Source: an uncultured Haloferula sp.
Lineage (GTDB): Bacteria; Verrucomicrobiota; Verrucomicrobiia; Verrucomicrobiales; Akkermansiaceae
Reading direction: 5' to 3'
DNA: 64,000 nt
Assembly: GCA_965652295.1 (NCBI GenBank)
Contig: CBFGTS010000006.1
Span: 160,001 to 224,000 of the forward strand
Shown: positions 1 through 10,371 of the stretch, one piece after another
How positions within the stretch are numbered: position 1 is the stretch's first letter
How the letters are laid out: each line of letters opens with the position of its first letter
Notes under the pieces: model-generated
The model's database searches: none
What the model was told of the DNA's origin: nothing
Seen by the model: the letters and a program-made list of their open reading frames with translations, nothing else
Made by a program: the position numbers and the translations under genes

Positions 1-60
1 GCGATCGGCAAGCTTCTCGAAACGCTGCGCATCTTCCGTGGAAAGGAGGAAGTACGATGA
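1..60 (+). CDS. C-terminal end of probable TRAP transporter small permease (partial)
   Basis: Frame 1 reads AIGKLLETLRIFRGKEEVR*; its stop overlaps the DctM start (ATGA), the usual dctQ-dctM arrangement. Confidence 0.55.
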   Translation, partial: AIGKLLETLRIFRGKEEVR

Positions 61-1364
61 GTGTCGGACTTGCCGTTCTTCTCGTGGCCTTCGTCGTCCT
101 CCTGCTGCTGGAGGTTCCCGTGGCCTTCGTCATCGGCCTCGCCACCCTGCTCGGTGCGCTGGCGCTGGGGCGCGATGGCAGCCTGGTCTCGCTGGCCAGT
201 GACATGGCCAACGGTCTCGACAGTTTCCCGCTGCTCGCCATCCCGTTCTTCGTGCTCGCCGGCGAGCTGATGGCCGCCGGCGGTCTCGCCCGGCGTCTCA
301 TCGACTTCGCCGCCTCCATCGTCGGCCGCATGCCCGGCGGGCTCGCCCTGATCAACACGCTCACCTGCATGCTCTTCGGTGCGGTCTCCGGCTCGGCCAC
401 CGCCGCCATTTCCTCGATCGGCGGCTCGCTGATCCCGGAGATGGAACGAAAAGGCTACCCGCGGGATTTCAGCGTGGCCCTCACCGCCACCGCCGCCACC
501 ACCGGCCTGCTCATCCCGCCGAGCAACGTGATGATCGTCTACGCGCTGGTGGCCTCCAACGTCTCCGTCGGCGCGCTGTTCCTCGCAGGCGTCTTCCCCG
601 GCGTTGTCACCGGCATCGCCCTGATGATCGTTTCCCTGATCGTCAGCCGCGGCTTCCGCAGCGCCTCCGGTGCCGCCGCCCAGCTCGATGAGATTCCGCG
701 CTTCTGGCGCTCCCTCCTCCGCGCCTTCCCCAGCCTGCTGATGCTCGTGCTGGTGCTGGGCGTCATCTTGACAGGCTTCATGACGCCCACCGAGTCCTCG
801 GCCATCGCCGTCCTCTGGGCGCTGCTGCTCGTCGCCGTGTTCTACCGGGAAATCAAGTTCTCCGAACTGCCGAAGATCCTCGTCAACTCGGCGCGTACGA
901 CGGGAATCGTACTCCTGCTCGTCGGCACCAGCGCGGCGATGAGCCGGCTGCTGACCATCGAGCAGGTCCCCCAGCTCGCCGCCGATGCCCTGCTTTCGGT
1001 CTCCGATAATCCGCTGGTCATCCTGCTGCTGATCAACCTCGCCCTGCTGCTGGTCGGCATCTTCATGGACATGACCCCGGCAATCCTGGTTTTCACGCCG
1101 ATCTTCCTCCCGGTCGCGATCGCGATCGACATCAACCCGGTCCACTTCGGCGTGATCATGGTGGCGAACCTGTGCATCGGCCTCTGCACCCCGCCGGTGG
1201 GCACCTGCCTGTTCCTCGGCTGCGGCGTCGGCAAAGCGAAGATCGCCGGCGTCTCGCGGGCGATGATCCCTTTCTACATCGCGATGTTCGCCGCCCTCCT
1301 GCTGATCACCTACTGGGAGTCCCTCTCCCTCTGGCTGCCCCGGTGGCTTGGAGAAATGGAATGA
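57..1364 (+). CDS. dctM: TRAP transporter large permease
   Basis: 435 aa, highly hydrophobic; LLAIPFFVLAGELM, FGAVSGSATA, LIPPS, GLCTPPVG motifs of DctM. Confidence 0.95.
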   Translation: MSVGLAVLLVAFVVLLLLEVPVAFVIGLATLLGALALGRDGSLVSLASDMANGLDSFPLLAIPFFVLAGELMAAGGLARRLIDFAASIVGRMPGGLALINTLTCMLFGAVSGSATAAISSIGGSLIPEMERKGYPRDFSVALTATAATTGLLIPPSNVMIVYALVASNVSVGALFLAGVFPGVVTGIALMIVSLIVSRGFRSASGAAAQLDEIPRFWRSLLRAFPSLLMLVLVLGVILTGFMTPTESSAIAVLWALLLVAVFYREIKFSELPKILVNSARTTGIVLLLVGTSAAMSRLLTIEQVPQLAADALLSVSDNPLVILLLINLALLLVGIFMDMTPAILVFTPIFLPVAIAIDINPVHFGVIMVANLCIGLCTPPVGTCLFLGCGVGKAKIAGVSRAMIPFYIAMFAALLLITYWESLSLWLPRWLGEME

Positions 1365-1414
1365 TGATGAAGGTTTGACACCCTCCTTCATCCTTCGCTT
1401 TTTCTCCCGTCATC

Positions 1415-2047
1415 ATGTTAGATCGACTGAAACACGCCACCCTCCTTCTCCTCACCACTCTTTCCGTCTCGTGCGTGAGCCTGGTGACGCCCGAACAAGC
1501 CGCCATCGAGGTGAGCGGCGTCAAGCCGGCCAGCGTCGGAGTCACCGTCGCGGACCAGCGGACCCAGGTGTCCGGCGGGTTTCGAAAATCAAGATACTAC
1601 GGCCGCACACGGATGAGCTACGGCATCCCGCAGCCAATCCTCGATCCGAAAATGTCGGTGGCCGATCGGCTCGCTGCGCAACTTGAGGCCGGCTTCCGGA
1701 AAAACGGCGTGGCGGTGCACAAGGTCGCCACGGAGTTCCGGGGTGATCCCGCCTCCGCCATTCGTAGCGCGGGCACCTCTTCGCGTTTCCTAGTGGTGAA
1801 GCTTGAGAACGTGTGGATCGACTTCGCCAACCCGTTGTTCGGCAAGCAATCCATCCTCTACTTCCATGCCACCGCCCAGGTGATGGATGCGGGAGGCAAG
1901 GTCCAGGCTTCGACATCGAAACGCTTCGAGAAGCGCTTCCGCTATGACGTCAACGACTCGTTCTTCAATCAAGCGGTATGGACCTTGCAGCCGGAGTTCG
2001 CCGCCTTGGTGAACCGCCCCGAGATCCGGCGCGCTCTCGCCCGCTGA
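1415..2047 (+). CDS. Hypothetical lipoprotein
   Basis: Signal peptide ending LSVSC (lipobox); globular-looking remainder. Confidence 0.7.
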   Translation: MLDRLKHATLLLLTTLSVSCVSLVTPEQAAIEVSGVKPASVGVTVADQRTQVSGGFRKSRYYGRTRMSYGIPQPILDPKMSVADRLAAQLEAGFRKNGVAVHKVATEFRGDPASAIRSAGTSSRFLVVKLENVWIDFANPLFGKQSILYFHATAQVMDAGGKVQASTSKRFEKRFRYDVNDSFFNQAVWTLQPEFAALVNRPEIRRALAR

Positions 2048-2127
2048 CCCTCCGCATCTCCTGCCAAGCGCTTGGCGTGACAGACGGCGGGAATGACAGC
2101 CGTCTCGATCCGGGCCAACCTCCCGCC

Positions 2128-3411
2128 ATGGAAACCAGCTGGATGCACCCCAGGGAGGAACTCGTCCGCACGATGGCGCGCATCTACCGCTATCGGATGA
2201 CCACCACCTCGGGCGGGAACCTTTCGGTTCTCGATCCCGATGGCAGCATCTGGATCACGCCCTCGCGCCTCGACAAGGGAAAGCTCCGCCCCTCGGACAT
2301 CGTCCGGGTCACGCCGGACGGTCGCCATGACACGCCCTATCCGCCTTCCTCAGAGTTTCCATTTCACCGCGCGATCTACCGCCGGCGGCCGGACATCAAG
2401 GCGATCGTCCACGCCCATCCGGGTGCCTTGGTGGCCTTCAGCATCTGCCGGCAGATTCCCGATCTCCGGGTCCAGAGCCACGCCTACGACGTCTGCCGTA
2501 GAATCGCCTACGCCGAATACGCCTGCCCTGGCAGCGAGCAGCTCGGCGAGAACATCGCCGATGCCTTCGCCGGTGGGGCGGACTGCGTGATGCTGGAAAA
2601 CCATGGCGTCGTCGTCGGTGGAGCGAGCCTCAAGGACGCCTTCCAACGTTTCGAAACGCTGGAGTTCGTGGCCCGAACCCTGATCAATGCCAGACGTCTC
2701 GGCGAGATCACCACCGTGCCGACCGAGGTCCTGAGGCATCCGCCGCGCGCGGAGTTCGCCACCCTCCCCTCCACCACGATCACCAACCGCGAGAAGGAAC
2801 TCCGCGGAGACCTGTGCGCTTTCGTCCAACGCTCATACGAGCAGCGGCTTCTGATCAGCACCGCCGGGGCGTTCTCGGCGCGGTTGGAAGGCGATGAGTT
2901 CCTCGTCACGCCCCACCGCAGCGACCGCCTCGAACTCGGGCCGGAAAAAATCGTCCGGGCCCGCGGGCATGCCTGCGAGGAAGGCGGCCATCCCTCCCGC
3001 GCCACGCCCTTGATCGCGCGGATCTACGAACGGCACCCGGACATCGGAGCCGTCATCCTCGCCCAACCCGCCGCGGCCAGCGCCTATGCCATGTGCGGCG
3101 CTCCCATTTCCACGCGGACCATTCCGGAGAGTTATGTGGTGCTCCGTGATACCCCGAAGCTTCCTTTCACCTGCATCGTGAACGAAGCGGACGAACTGGC
3201 GGAGGCAATCGATCTGGTTCACTGCCCCACCCTCTTGATTCAAAACGAGGGCGTGCTGGTGGCAGGCAAAGACCTGCTCGACGCCTTCGACCGGCTGGAA
3301 GTGCTGGAAGCCACCGCCGAAGCCCTGCAGCTCGCCCAGCCGCTCGGCCCGCTGGTGCCGATGCCCGAGGCGGCCTTGCAAGAACTCCGCGAGGCCTTCG
3401 GGCTCGCTTGA
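2128..3411 (+). CDS. Class II aldolase/adducin family protein with two tandem domains
   Basis: GGNLS, PSSEFPFH, IVHAHP, ENHG in the N-terminal domain; second homologous domain (AGAFSAR, HPSRA, ILAQP, IQNEG). Start set at ATG 2128. Confidence 0.9.
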   Translation: METSWMHPREELVRTMARIYRYRMTTTSGGNLSVLDPDGSIWITPSRLDKGKLRPSDIVRVTPDGRHDTPYPPSSEFPFHRAIYRRRPDIKAIVHAHPGALVAFSICRQIPDLRVQSHAYDVCRRIAYAEYACPGSEQLGENIADAFAGGADCVMLENHGVVVGGASLKDAFQRFETLEFVARTLINARRLGEITTVPTEVLRHPPRAEFATLPSTTITNREKELRGDLCAFVQRSYEQRLLISTAGAFSARLEGDEFLVTPHRSDRLELGPEKIVRARGHACEEGGHPSRATPLIARIYERHPDIGAVILAQPAAASAYAMCGAPISTRTIPESYVVLRDTPKLPFTCIVNEADELAEAIDLVHCPTLLIQNEGVLVAGKDLLDAFDRLEVLEATAEALQLAQPLGPLVPMPEAALQELREAFGLA

Positions 3412-3419
3412 GCCGGTGG

Positions 3420-5960
3420 TCAGCGGATCAGGATCACGTAGTCGAGCGTCCGGCCCGGGATCGCGATCTCCTCGCCGGCCTTCGTCGGCCGGCTCCACAC
3501 CGCCGCATCGGCCAGCCACAGGTCGTGACCGCGCCAAACCGCCGGGGTCTCCGATTTCGTGAAACCGAGGTCCTGGAGATCCTCCGCAAGCCCCGCAGCG
3601 GCTGCGACCTGCGCCGGATCCGGCTCGCGCAGCACGATCGGTGGATAGGTGCCGGTGGCGTGCATGACGAAGACCGTCACGTCCTTCTTCAGCGTGAACG
3701 ACAGATCGGTCTTTCTCTCGGGATCACTGAGGCGTTTCGTGGCGATCCATGATGCGCCTTCGATCATCTCCGGCAACTTGTCGAAGGTGTTGTCCGACGA
3801 TCCATCGACCATGTAATAGAACGGCGACTGCGCCTCGACGGGCCGCTGGATGAAGTGAGCCTTGTTCTCCGGATTGCTGCTCGTCAGTCCTTCCAGCACG
3901 TCGTTCTCCGGGTCGGTCTCCGCCCATTGGTGGATCACCACCGTGTCGCTGAGGCCGTTCGCGTCCCGGGCTTCGATGACATTGCGGCCCGGCTTCAGGG
4001 GTGCGTTCCAGAAAAACACGTGGTTGATCGCCCGTGGTTCGCCTTTCCAGCCATCGGGATACGTGGCGGCCGGTTGGCGGTAGTCCCCGTTCCGCCGTTT
4101 CCCCTGGCTCTCGCCATTGACGATCAGCTCCACCCAATCGGCATTGGAGAAAACCTTGGTGCCATTGTCCGGCGCGAACCAACGGTAAAAATGTCCGCGG
4201 CTGGTGATGCGCAGCAGCGGCTCCTCCGGGCGGAAGAAGGCCTTGTGGAGATAGTAGAGGTCCTTCGGCGTCCCGGCCAGGGTGATCATCCCCTTGGTGT
4301 TCCGGTTGTTCTTGAACTTGCGGTCGTAGAATTCCCGGAAGTTCCACCACAGATACATTTTATGGCCGGACGGATTGTCGCGAAAGACCGTCTGAAGGCG
4401 ATATTCGGTGTAGAGATTGCCGTATTCCATCGGCTCGAACTTGTTGACGTCCCACCGCGCCTCGTCCTGCGGGATGTGCTGGCTGACCCAGGTGCCCGCG
4501 CCGGTTTCTGACACGTAGCGGTTGCGCGGAAGCTCGCTGAAACCAGTGAAGTGTCCGCCATACCACCCCTGATACGTGTTTCCCGCGATGAAATCGACGG
4601 TGTCGGGACGGTCCTCGTGCGCGGAGGCGTAGGTCACCAGGCGGCTGGTGTCGTTCTCCCGGATCACGTCGGCATAGTGGGCGGCGACTTTCTCGTAAGT
4701 CTCGTTCCCGCTGCTCCAGAAGATGATGGAAGGGTGGTTCCAGTTCTGGAATACCATTTCCCGGGTGATCCGCTCGCCATCGGCGGTGGGTGTCCGCTCG
4801 CCGCTGTCGCGTTTCACCTCGTGCTGCCAGAGTTGCCCGGCAAGGCCGTTCTCCGCCCACACCGCGATGCCGCGGCGGTCCGCCTCGTGGTATTCGAACC
4901 GACGGTGCGGATAGTGGGCGAGGCGGACGGCGTTGATTCCCAGCTCGTCGAGCATCTGCCACTCGTTCGCCAGCTCTTCCTCCGGGATGGCGTTCCACTC
5001 CTGTTCGGTCTGCTGGTGCTTGTTGACACCGCGGACGAGCAGTTCCTCTCCATTGAGCAGGAACTTGCCGTCCTTGATGGCAATGGTCCGGAAACCGGTG
5101 GCGTCGGAGATCTCATCCATGGGTACGCCATCGACCGTCAACGTGCTGGTCACCTTGTAGAGGTGGGGCTGCCGGATCCCCCAAAGCTCGGGGTCCGGAA
5201 CCATGACGTCGGTCTCCAGCACCGATGCGGCACCCGCCGGGATCGTGCCGATCACAGTGGCTTCCACGACCCGATCGCCGTCAGGACCCTCCACGACGTG
5301 GCGGCAGGCGACTTCGGCATCGCGATCAAGCGTGTTGCGGACGTGGGCCTTGATCGCAAGCGTGGCACCCTCATCGGAAATGTCTTTCGCCGTCAGGAAA
5401 AGACCGCTGGAACCCATGTAAGGATCGAAGCAGGCCTTTCCCGTTTCGATCAGATGAACCGGCCGGTAAAGACCGCCGTTGGTCACATAGAGGGTGGAAT
5501 GGGAAAGGCAGTCGCGCGCTTCGAGATCCCCGTTGCTGATCCGGATGGCCACGGTGTTGTCGCCGTCCTTGAGCAAATCGGTCAGGTCGAACACCGCTGC
5601 GGTGAATGCTCCGCGATGGCGGCCCGCCTTGCGGCCGTTCGCATAGACATCCGCCACCGAGGCCGCGCCCTCGAGATGCAGGAAATAGCGGCGGTCCTGA
5701 CCCTCGCGGGCGATCACCGTGCGATACCAGCCAGCGGCTCCGTCCTCGACGCCGCTTTGGCGGAAAACGTGGGGCACCCGCACCTCCCGCCACCCCTCCG
5801 TCGGTAGCGACGCAGCCGCATCGTCCGCCGGAGCCTCCGTGGTGGAGCCCGGCTTGGTTTCGTGAAACTGCCAGCTGTCGAGAGTCAGAACTTTTCGAAC
5901 GGGCTCGGCCTCACTGGAGGCGATGGCGAGGAGAAGGACGGCAAGGCGGTAAAGGGTCAT
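3420..5960 (-). CDS. Secreted glycoside hydrolase family 2 (beta-galactosidase/glucuronidase-like)
   Basis: Signal peptide; GGLYRPV, RGVNKHQ, VRLAHYPH, NHPSIIFWSSGNE (acid/base), YVSETG (nucleophile). Confidence 0.92.
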   Translation of the reverse strand: MTLYRLAVLLLAIASSEAEPVRKVLTLDSWQFHETKPGSTTEAPADDAAASLPTEGWREVRVPHVFRQSGVEDGAAGWYRTVIAREGQDRRYFLHLEGAASVADVYANGRKAGRHRGAFTAAVFDLTDLLKDGDNTVAIRISNGDLEARDCLSHSTLYVTNGGLYRPVHLIETGKACFDPYMGSSGLFLTAKDISDEGATLAIKAHVRNTLDRDAEVACRHVVEGPDGDRVVEATVIGTIPAGAASVLETDVMVPDPELWGIRQPHLYKVTSTLTVDGVPMDEISDATGFRTIAIKDGKFLLNGEELLVRGVNKHQQTEQEWNAIPEEELANEWQMLDELGINAVRLAHYPHRRFEYHEADRRGIAVWAENGLAGQLWQHEVKRDSGERTPTADGERITREMVFQNWNHPSIIFWSSGNETYEKVAAHYADVIRENDTSRLVTYASAHEDRPDTVDFIAGNTYQGWYGGHFTGFSELPRNRYVSETGAGTWVSQHIPQDEARWDVNKFEPMEYGNLYTEYRLQTVFRDNPSGHKMYLWWNFREFYDRKFKNNRNTKGMITLAGTPKDLYYLHKAFFRPEEPLLRITSRGHFYRWFAPDNGTKVFSNADWVELIVNGESQGKRRNGDYRQPAATYPDGWKGEPRAINHVFFWNAPLKPGRNVIEARDANGLSDTVVIHQWAETDPENDVLEGLTSSNPENKAHFIQRPVEAQSPFYYMVDGSSDNTFDKLPEMIEGASWIATKRLSDPERKTDLSFTLKKDVTVFVMHATGTYPPIVLREPDPAQVAAAAGLAEDLQDLGFTKSETPAVWRGHDLWLADAAVWSRPTKAGEEIAIPGRTLDYVILIR

Positions 5961-6066
5961 GGGAGTTCGGGTGACGGCGCAAGCCTACCCCGCGCCGCCC
6001 GCAGGGTCACTCCTCCGAAGGGAGGGCTGACGGAATACGTCCCGGCTCCGGCCGGGAACGGCCGCG

Positions 6067-6324
6067 TCAGTAGCGGCGACGCTTGTCCTTCTCGTTCCCG
6101 ACCGCATAGCCGGTCCCTGCACCCAGCGCGGCACCGACGGCGGCACCCTCGGCGGTGTGGCCCGACTGGTGACCGATAATACCGCCCGCAGCGGCACCGA
6201 TCGCGGCACCCGTCGCCGCATCACGTTGGGCGTGCGAGTAACCGGGCCCGCAACTCGTCAAACCGAGCCCTGCGATGGAGACCGAGAGGCAAAGGGCGAG
6301 GCGAAGTGGTTTTTTGGTTTTCAT
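6067..6324 (-). CDS. Glycine-zipper lipoprotein (YMGG-like)
   Basis: Lipobox LTSC then GAAIGAAAGGIIG...GAAVGAALGAGTG glycine zipper. Confidence 0.85.
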   Translation of the reverse strand: MKTKKPLRLALCLSVSIAGLGLTSCGPGYSHAQRDAATGAAIGAAAGGIIGHQSGHTAEGAAVGAALGAGTGYAVGNEKDKRRRY

Positions 6325-6583
6325 AACGTCCATTCCCCACGCCCGTCGCGTGCCACCCCGGCCGAGGCACCGGGAAGACTGGAACCGTCGGCCTCCCGAG
6401 CGGAGGCGTGCTCCGAGGGTCTCCCGCCCGGATTGCAAATCCCTTTGGTTTTCGTGCGATTAGCACCCCCGAACCGCCCGAAACCCACGAAAACTCAGGC
6501 GCGGAGACACGGAACGGCGTCTGCGAACAGCGCCAGCGACCGAACATCCCGTTCGAGACGAACCCCAAACACCATCATATCTC

Positions 6584-7333
6584 ATGAAACCCACTGTCAC
6601 TCGCCATACCCTGCTGGCCGCCGGCTTCTCGCTCGGCCTCGTCACACTGCCCGCCATGGCCGCCGACGCGGAAATGGAGAGCACCCGCCAGACCCCACAG
6701 CAGAACCAGCAACAGGACGCCCGGCCTGAGTCCCAGCCCGCCACGGGTGAAACCGCCATGCGGGCCAACGCCATGGAGGACAATCGCGAGGATCAGCAGA
6801 TGGCTGCCGACGCAAAGAAAGATAAGGCGCCATCCCTCGCTGAAACGCAGGAGCTGATCGCAGCGATCCAGCCGGTGAACAGCTCGAACGTCCGCGGCAG
6901 CGTGCTTTTCGAGAAAGTCTCCGGCGGCGTGAAGGTCACCGCCAAGGTCGGTGGACTGGAGCCGAACTCGAAGCACGGCATCCACATCCACCAGTATGGC
7001 GACATCACCGCCGATGATGGCACCAGCGCCGGTGGGCACTACAACCCGGACGGCCACGAACACGCCCTCCCGTCCGAGTCACGACGCCATGCCGGCGACT
7101 TCGGGAATCTGGAGGCGGACGCCGATGGCAACGCCACGCTGGAACTCACCGTCGACAACATCAGTCTCACCGGTGACAAGAACCCGATTGTCGGCCGTGC
7201 GGTCATCATCCACGCCCAGAGGGATGACGGCAGCCAGCCTTCGGGCAACGCGGGCGATCGGATCGGAGCCGGAGTCATCGGCATCGGCTCCGCCGAGCCC
7301 GAGCCGGGGGACGAAAGCGCGATGGCGGAATAA
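6584..7333 (+). CDS. sodC: Periplasmic Cu/Zn superoxide dismutase
   Basis: Signal peptide; HGIHIH, SAGGHYNP, RHAGDFGN, GRAVIIHA, GNAGDRI motifs. Confidence 0.93.
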   Translation: MKPTVTRHTLLAAGFSLGLVTLPAMAADAEMESTRQTPQQNQQQDARPESQPATGETAMRANAMEDNREDQQMAADAKKDKAPSLAETQELIAAIQPVNSSNVRGSVLFEKVSGGVKVTAKVGGLEPNSKHGIHIHQYGDITADDGTSAGGHYNPDGHEHALPSESRRHAGDFGNLEADADGNATLELTVDNISLTGDKNPIVGRAVIIHAQRDDGSQPSGNAGDRIGAGVIGIGSAEPEPGDESAMAE

Positions 7334-7344
7334 GCCATCCTCTC

Positions 7345-7372
7345 AAGGCCGGCCCGTCCCAAGGCCGGCCTT
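7345..7372 (+). terminator. GC-rich hairpin after sodC
   Basis: aaggccggcc ... ggccggcctt 10-bp inverted repeat 12 nt after the stop; no long U tail. Confidence 0.4.
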
Positions 7373-7412
7373 CCGCAGCGGCCCTCCCCCGCCGAGCACC
7401 TCTCCAACGACC

Positions 7413-7895
7413 ATGATCCAGAACATTGAGGAACTGTATTTCAACAGATTAAGGGACCTCTACAGCGCGGAAGACCAGCTCTCCAACGCCCTTCCCAGAC
7501 TGATGATCGAGTCGTCCTGCAACGAGTTAAGGACGGCCTTCGGCGACCACCTGGAGGAAACCGAGCGACAGAAAGCACGGCTGGAACGGTTGTGTGCCCG
7601 ACACCTCATCTCGCCCGGCGGAGAGAGCTGCGAATCGATCCGCGGGATGATCCGCGAGGCCGAAAAGCACGTTCTTTCCTCGGCCTCCGGCGAAGTGCGG
7701 GACGCGCTGCTGGTCGTCTCGATGGTCCAGTTCGAGCATTACGAGGTCGCCGCCTACCGCATGGCGAAACGGTTCGCGGAAATCCTCGGCTTTCATGACG
7801 ATGCCGAGCTTCTCAGCGAGTCGCTATCCGAGGAATGCCGGGCCGACGAAGAAGCGGCGATCCTCGCACGCGACGGCATTTTCTCCGAAACCTGA
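7413..7895 (+). CDS. YciE/YciF-like ferritin-like stress protein (DUF892)
   Basis: LRDLYSAEDQL, HLEETERQ, EHYEVAAY motifs. Confidence 0.85.
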   Translation: MIQNIEELYFNRLRDLYSAEDQLSNALPRLMIESSCNELRTAFGDHLEETERQKARLERLCARHLISPGGESCESIRGMIREAEKHVLSSASGEVRDALLVVSMVQFEHYEVAAYRMAKRFAEILGFHDDAELLSESLSEECRADEEAAILARDGIFSET

Positions 7896-7981
7896 ACCGT
7901 CATCCGTCACTTGAGGGCGAAACTCTGGTGCGCCGGAAATGTTCTTCCCGCGGGATACCCTGCTGTTAGCCTTTTCCGCGA

Positions 7982-9040
7982 ATGGACGCCGCCCTCCTCG
8001 ACCTCCTCTCGACCGCCTTCACAGGCGGTGCCAGTGATGTATTTCTCGCCGAGGGCGAAAAACCGCGGGTCCGCCAGGATGGCGAGGTCATCCTGGCGCA
8101 CGGCGAGCCACAGACCCGCGAGCAGATTGCGGCGCTCTGGCAGGCTTGCGGGATCGATCCCGAAACGGCGGACGATGGCGACGCCAGCATGGCCGTGCCA
8201 GGCATCGGCCGGCTGCGACTGAACGCCTACCGGACCCTCGGCCGCCTGGCCGTGGTCATGCGTCCGATCAAGAGCGAAGTCCCGAGCTTCGACGATCTCG
8301 GCCTGCCCGGCGATGTCCTGAGTCGCTGGATCGAGCGGCGCTCGGGCCTGATCCTCGTCTGCGGCCCAACCGGCTCGGGCAAGTCGACGACGGTCGCCGC
8401 CTGCCTGGAGTGGATCAACCGTCACCACCCGCGGCACGTGGTGACCTTGGAGGATCCCATCGAGTATCTCTTCACCAACCGCCGCTCGTATTTCTCGCAG
8501 CGGGAAATCGAGCGCGACACGGGCGACTTCAACCATGCCCTGCGCCAGGCGCTCCGGCAGAACCCGGACGTCATTTTCTTCGGCGAGATCCGCGATGCCG
8601 GCTCCGCGCTCTCCGCGCTGCGGGCCGCTGAGACCGGCCACCTGGTGATTTCCACCCTGCATGCCGCCGGGGTCTCCGGGGTGCCCGTGGCGATCGATCG
8701 CCTCACCCGCATGCTCGGTTCCGCCATGGCCGGGACCTCTTACCTTCTCGCCACCCAATTGATCGGAGTGATGGCCCAGCAACTCCTGCCGCGCCTCGAT
8801 GGCGGGCTGGTGCCGATGCTGGAGTACTTCGAGAATGTCGCCGTAACCCGCAGATGGATCGGCGAAGGAGATGTGTCCGAGCTGCGCGACCACGTCGACC
8901 GCGGCGACATGCGAACCGCCTGCCCGTTTCTCCGCTATCTCGTCGCCGCCACGCGCCAGAACATCATTTCGGCGGACGTCGCCCGGGCCGCCTGCGACCG
9001 GCCGCAGGACTTCGACCGGGCCATGCGCGGCATCTCCTGA
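7982..9040 (+). CDS. PilT/PilU-family ATPase
   Basis: Walker A GPTGSGKST, TLEDPIEY, LRQNPDVIFFGEIRD, AETGHL.STLH. Confidence 0.9.
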   Translation: MDAALLDLLSTAFTGGASDVFLAEGEKPRVRQDGEVILAHGEPQTREQIAALWQACGIDPETADDGDASMAVPGIGRLRLNAYRTLGRLAVVMRPIKSEVPSFDDLGLPGDVLSRWIERRSGLILVCGPTGSGKSTTVAACLEWINRHHPRHVVTLEDPIEYLFTNRRSYFSQREIERDTGDFNHALRQALRQNPDVIFFGEIRDAGSALSALRAAETGHLVISTLHAAGVSGVPVAIDRLTRMLGSAMAGTSYLLATQLIGVMAQQLLPRLDGGLVPMLEYFENVAVTRRWIGEGDVSELRDHVDRGDMRTACPFLRYLVAATRQNIISADVARAACDRPQDFDRAMRGIS

Positions 9041-9051
9041 CCCATCGATCC

Positions 9052-10104
9052 ATGAGCGAACCCAAGGAAATCACCGACTACCTCCGCCAGACCGTCGAGC
9101 TGGGGGGATCCGACCTCCACCTCTCTGCTTGGGCCCCGCCCGCCGCACGCGTGTCCGGCCGCATGGTGCCGCTCGAGGAGTTTCTTTTCGATCCCGAGAC
9201 GGTCGCTTCGGTCATCGATCAGTCCCTCACCGAGAAACAACGGGCCGACCTCGAGGCGGACCTCGAACTCGACTACGCCCTGCACATCGAAAACATCGGC
9301 CGTTTCCGCGGCAACGTCCACGTCGTCCGGGGTAGCCACGAGGCCGCGTTCCGCTTCATCCCCGAGGAAATCCCCGAACTCGACAACCTCGGCCACCACT
9401 CGACCGTCGCGGATCTCTGCAACCTGCGACGTGGCTTGGTCCTCGTCACCGGCATCACCGGGTCCGGAAAAACCACCACCCTCGCCGCCATGATCCGGCG
9501 CATTTCGGAAACCCGCTCCGGAGTGATCATCACCATCGAGGATCCCATCGAGTACCTCTTTTCCCACAACTCCTCGCTCATCAAGCAACGCGAACTCGGC
9601 CGGGATACCAAGAGCTTCTCCACCGCCCTGCGGCAGGCGCTCCGGCAGGATCCCGACGTCATCGTGGTCTCCGAGCTGCGCGATCTGGAAACCATCCGCA
9701 TCGCCCTCACCGCGGCGGAAACCGGGCACCTCGTGCTCGCCACGCTGCACACGGTCGATGCGCCGCAGACGATCGACCGCCTCGTCGATGTCTTCCCGCC
9801 CGAGCAGCAGCAGCAGATCGTCACCCAGCTCGCCGGAGTGCTCGAAGGCATCGTCTCCCAGCGGCTCATTCCGCGCGCCGACAACCAGGGTCGCGTGCTC
9901 GCCTCCGAGGTGCTGCGCGCGAATCACGGCATCCGCGCCTGCATCCGCGAGCGCAAGGTGGAGCAACTCGTGGGCCTCATGGAAATCTCCTCCCGGGAAG
10001 GCAACCGGACCATCGACCAGTCGATCAAGGCGCGCCTCGACCAAGGCTACATCACCCTCGAAGAGGCGCTCTTCCACGCACGCGAGCCGCGGAACTTCAT
10101 CTGA
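9052..10104 (+). CDS. pilT: Type IV pilus retraction ATPase PilT
   Basis: SDLHL, GITGSGKTT, TIEDPIEY, LRQDPDVI, AETGHLVLATLHT, GIRACIRE (AIRNLIRE-like). Confidence 0.9.
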   Translation: MSEPKEITDYLRQTVELGGSDLHLSAWAPPAARVSGRMVPLEEFLFDPETVASVIDQSLTEKQRADLEADLELDYALHIENIGRFRGNVHVVRGSHEAAFRFIPEEIPELDNLGHHSTVADLCNLRRGLVLVTGITGSGKTTTLAAMIRRISETRSGVIITIEDPIEYLFSHNSSLIKQRELGRDTKSFSTALRQALRQDPDVIVVSELRDLETIRIALTAAETGHLVLATLHTVDAPQTIDRLVDVFPPEQQQQIVTQLAGVLEGIVSQRLIPRADNQGRVLASEVLRANHGIRACIRERKVEQLVGLMEISSREGNRTIDQSIKARLDQGYITLEEALFHAREPRNFI

Positions 10105-10371
10105 TCACCGGCCCGGCCACTTCCCATTTTTCGGAATCGGCAGCTTCTTGAGCCAGCGGCGCGACCACTCGAACTCGATCGCCAGAATCCCCAGCCCGGC
10201 CGGAATCACGATCAACGCCGGCCCGGGCAACACGAGCAACGCCAGGCCGATCAGCAGCACCGTGCCGCCGAGAAGGAACACAACCGCCCGCCGAATCCGT
10301 GCGGCCGCGGCGTTGTCGTGCCGAGACGAGCCGTCCTCGTCCTGCGCGGAGGATGGTCCGTCCTCATTCAT
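10105..10371 (-). CDS. PGPGW-domain small membrane protein
   Basis: GLALLVLPGPALIVIPAGLGILAIEFEW. Confidence 0.8.
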   Translation of the reverse strand: MNEDGPSSAQDEDGSSRHDNAAAARIRRAVVFLLGGTVLLIGLALLVLPGPALIVIPAGLGILAIEFEWSRRWLKKLPIPKNGKWPGR

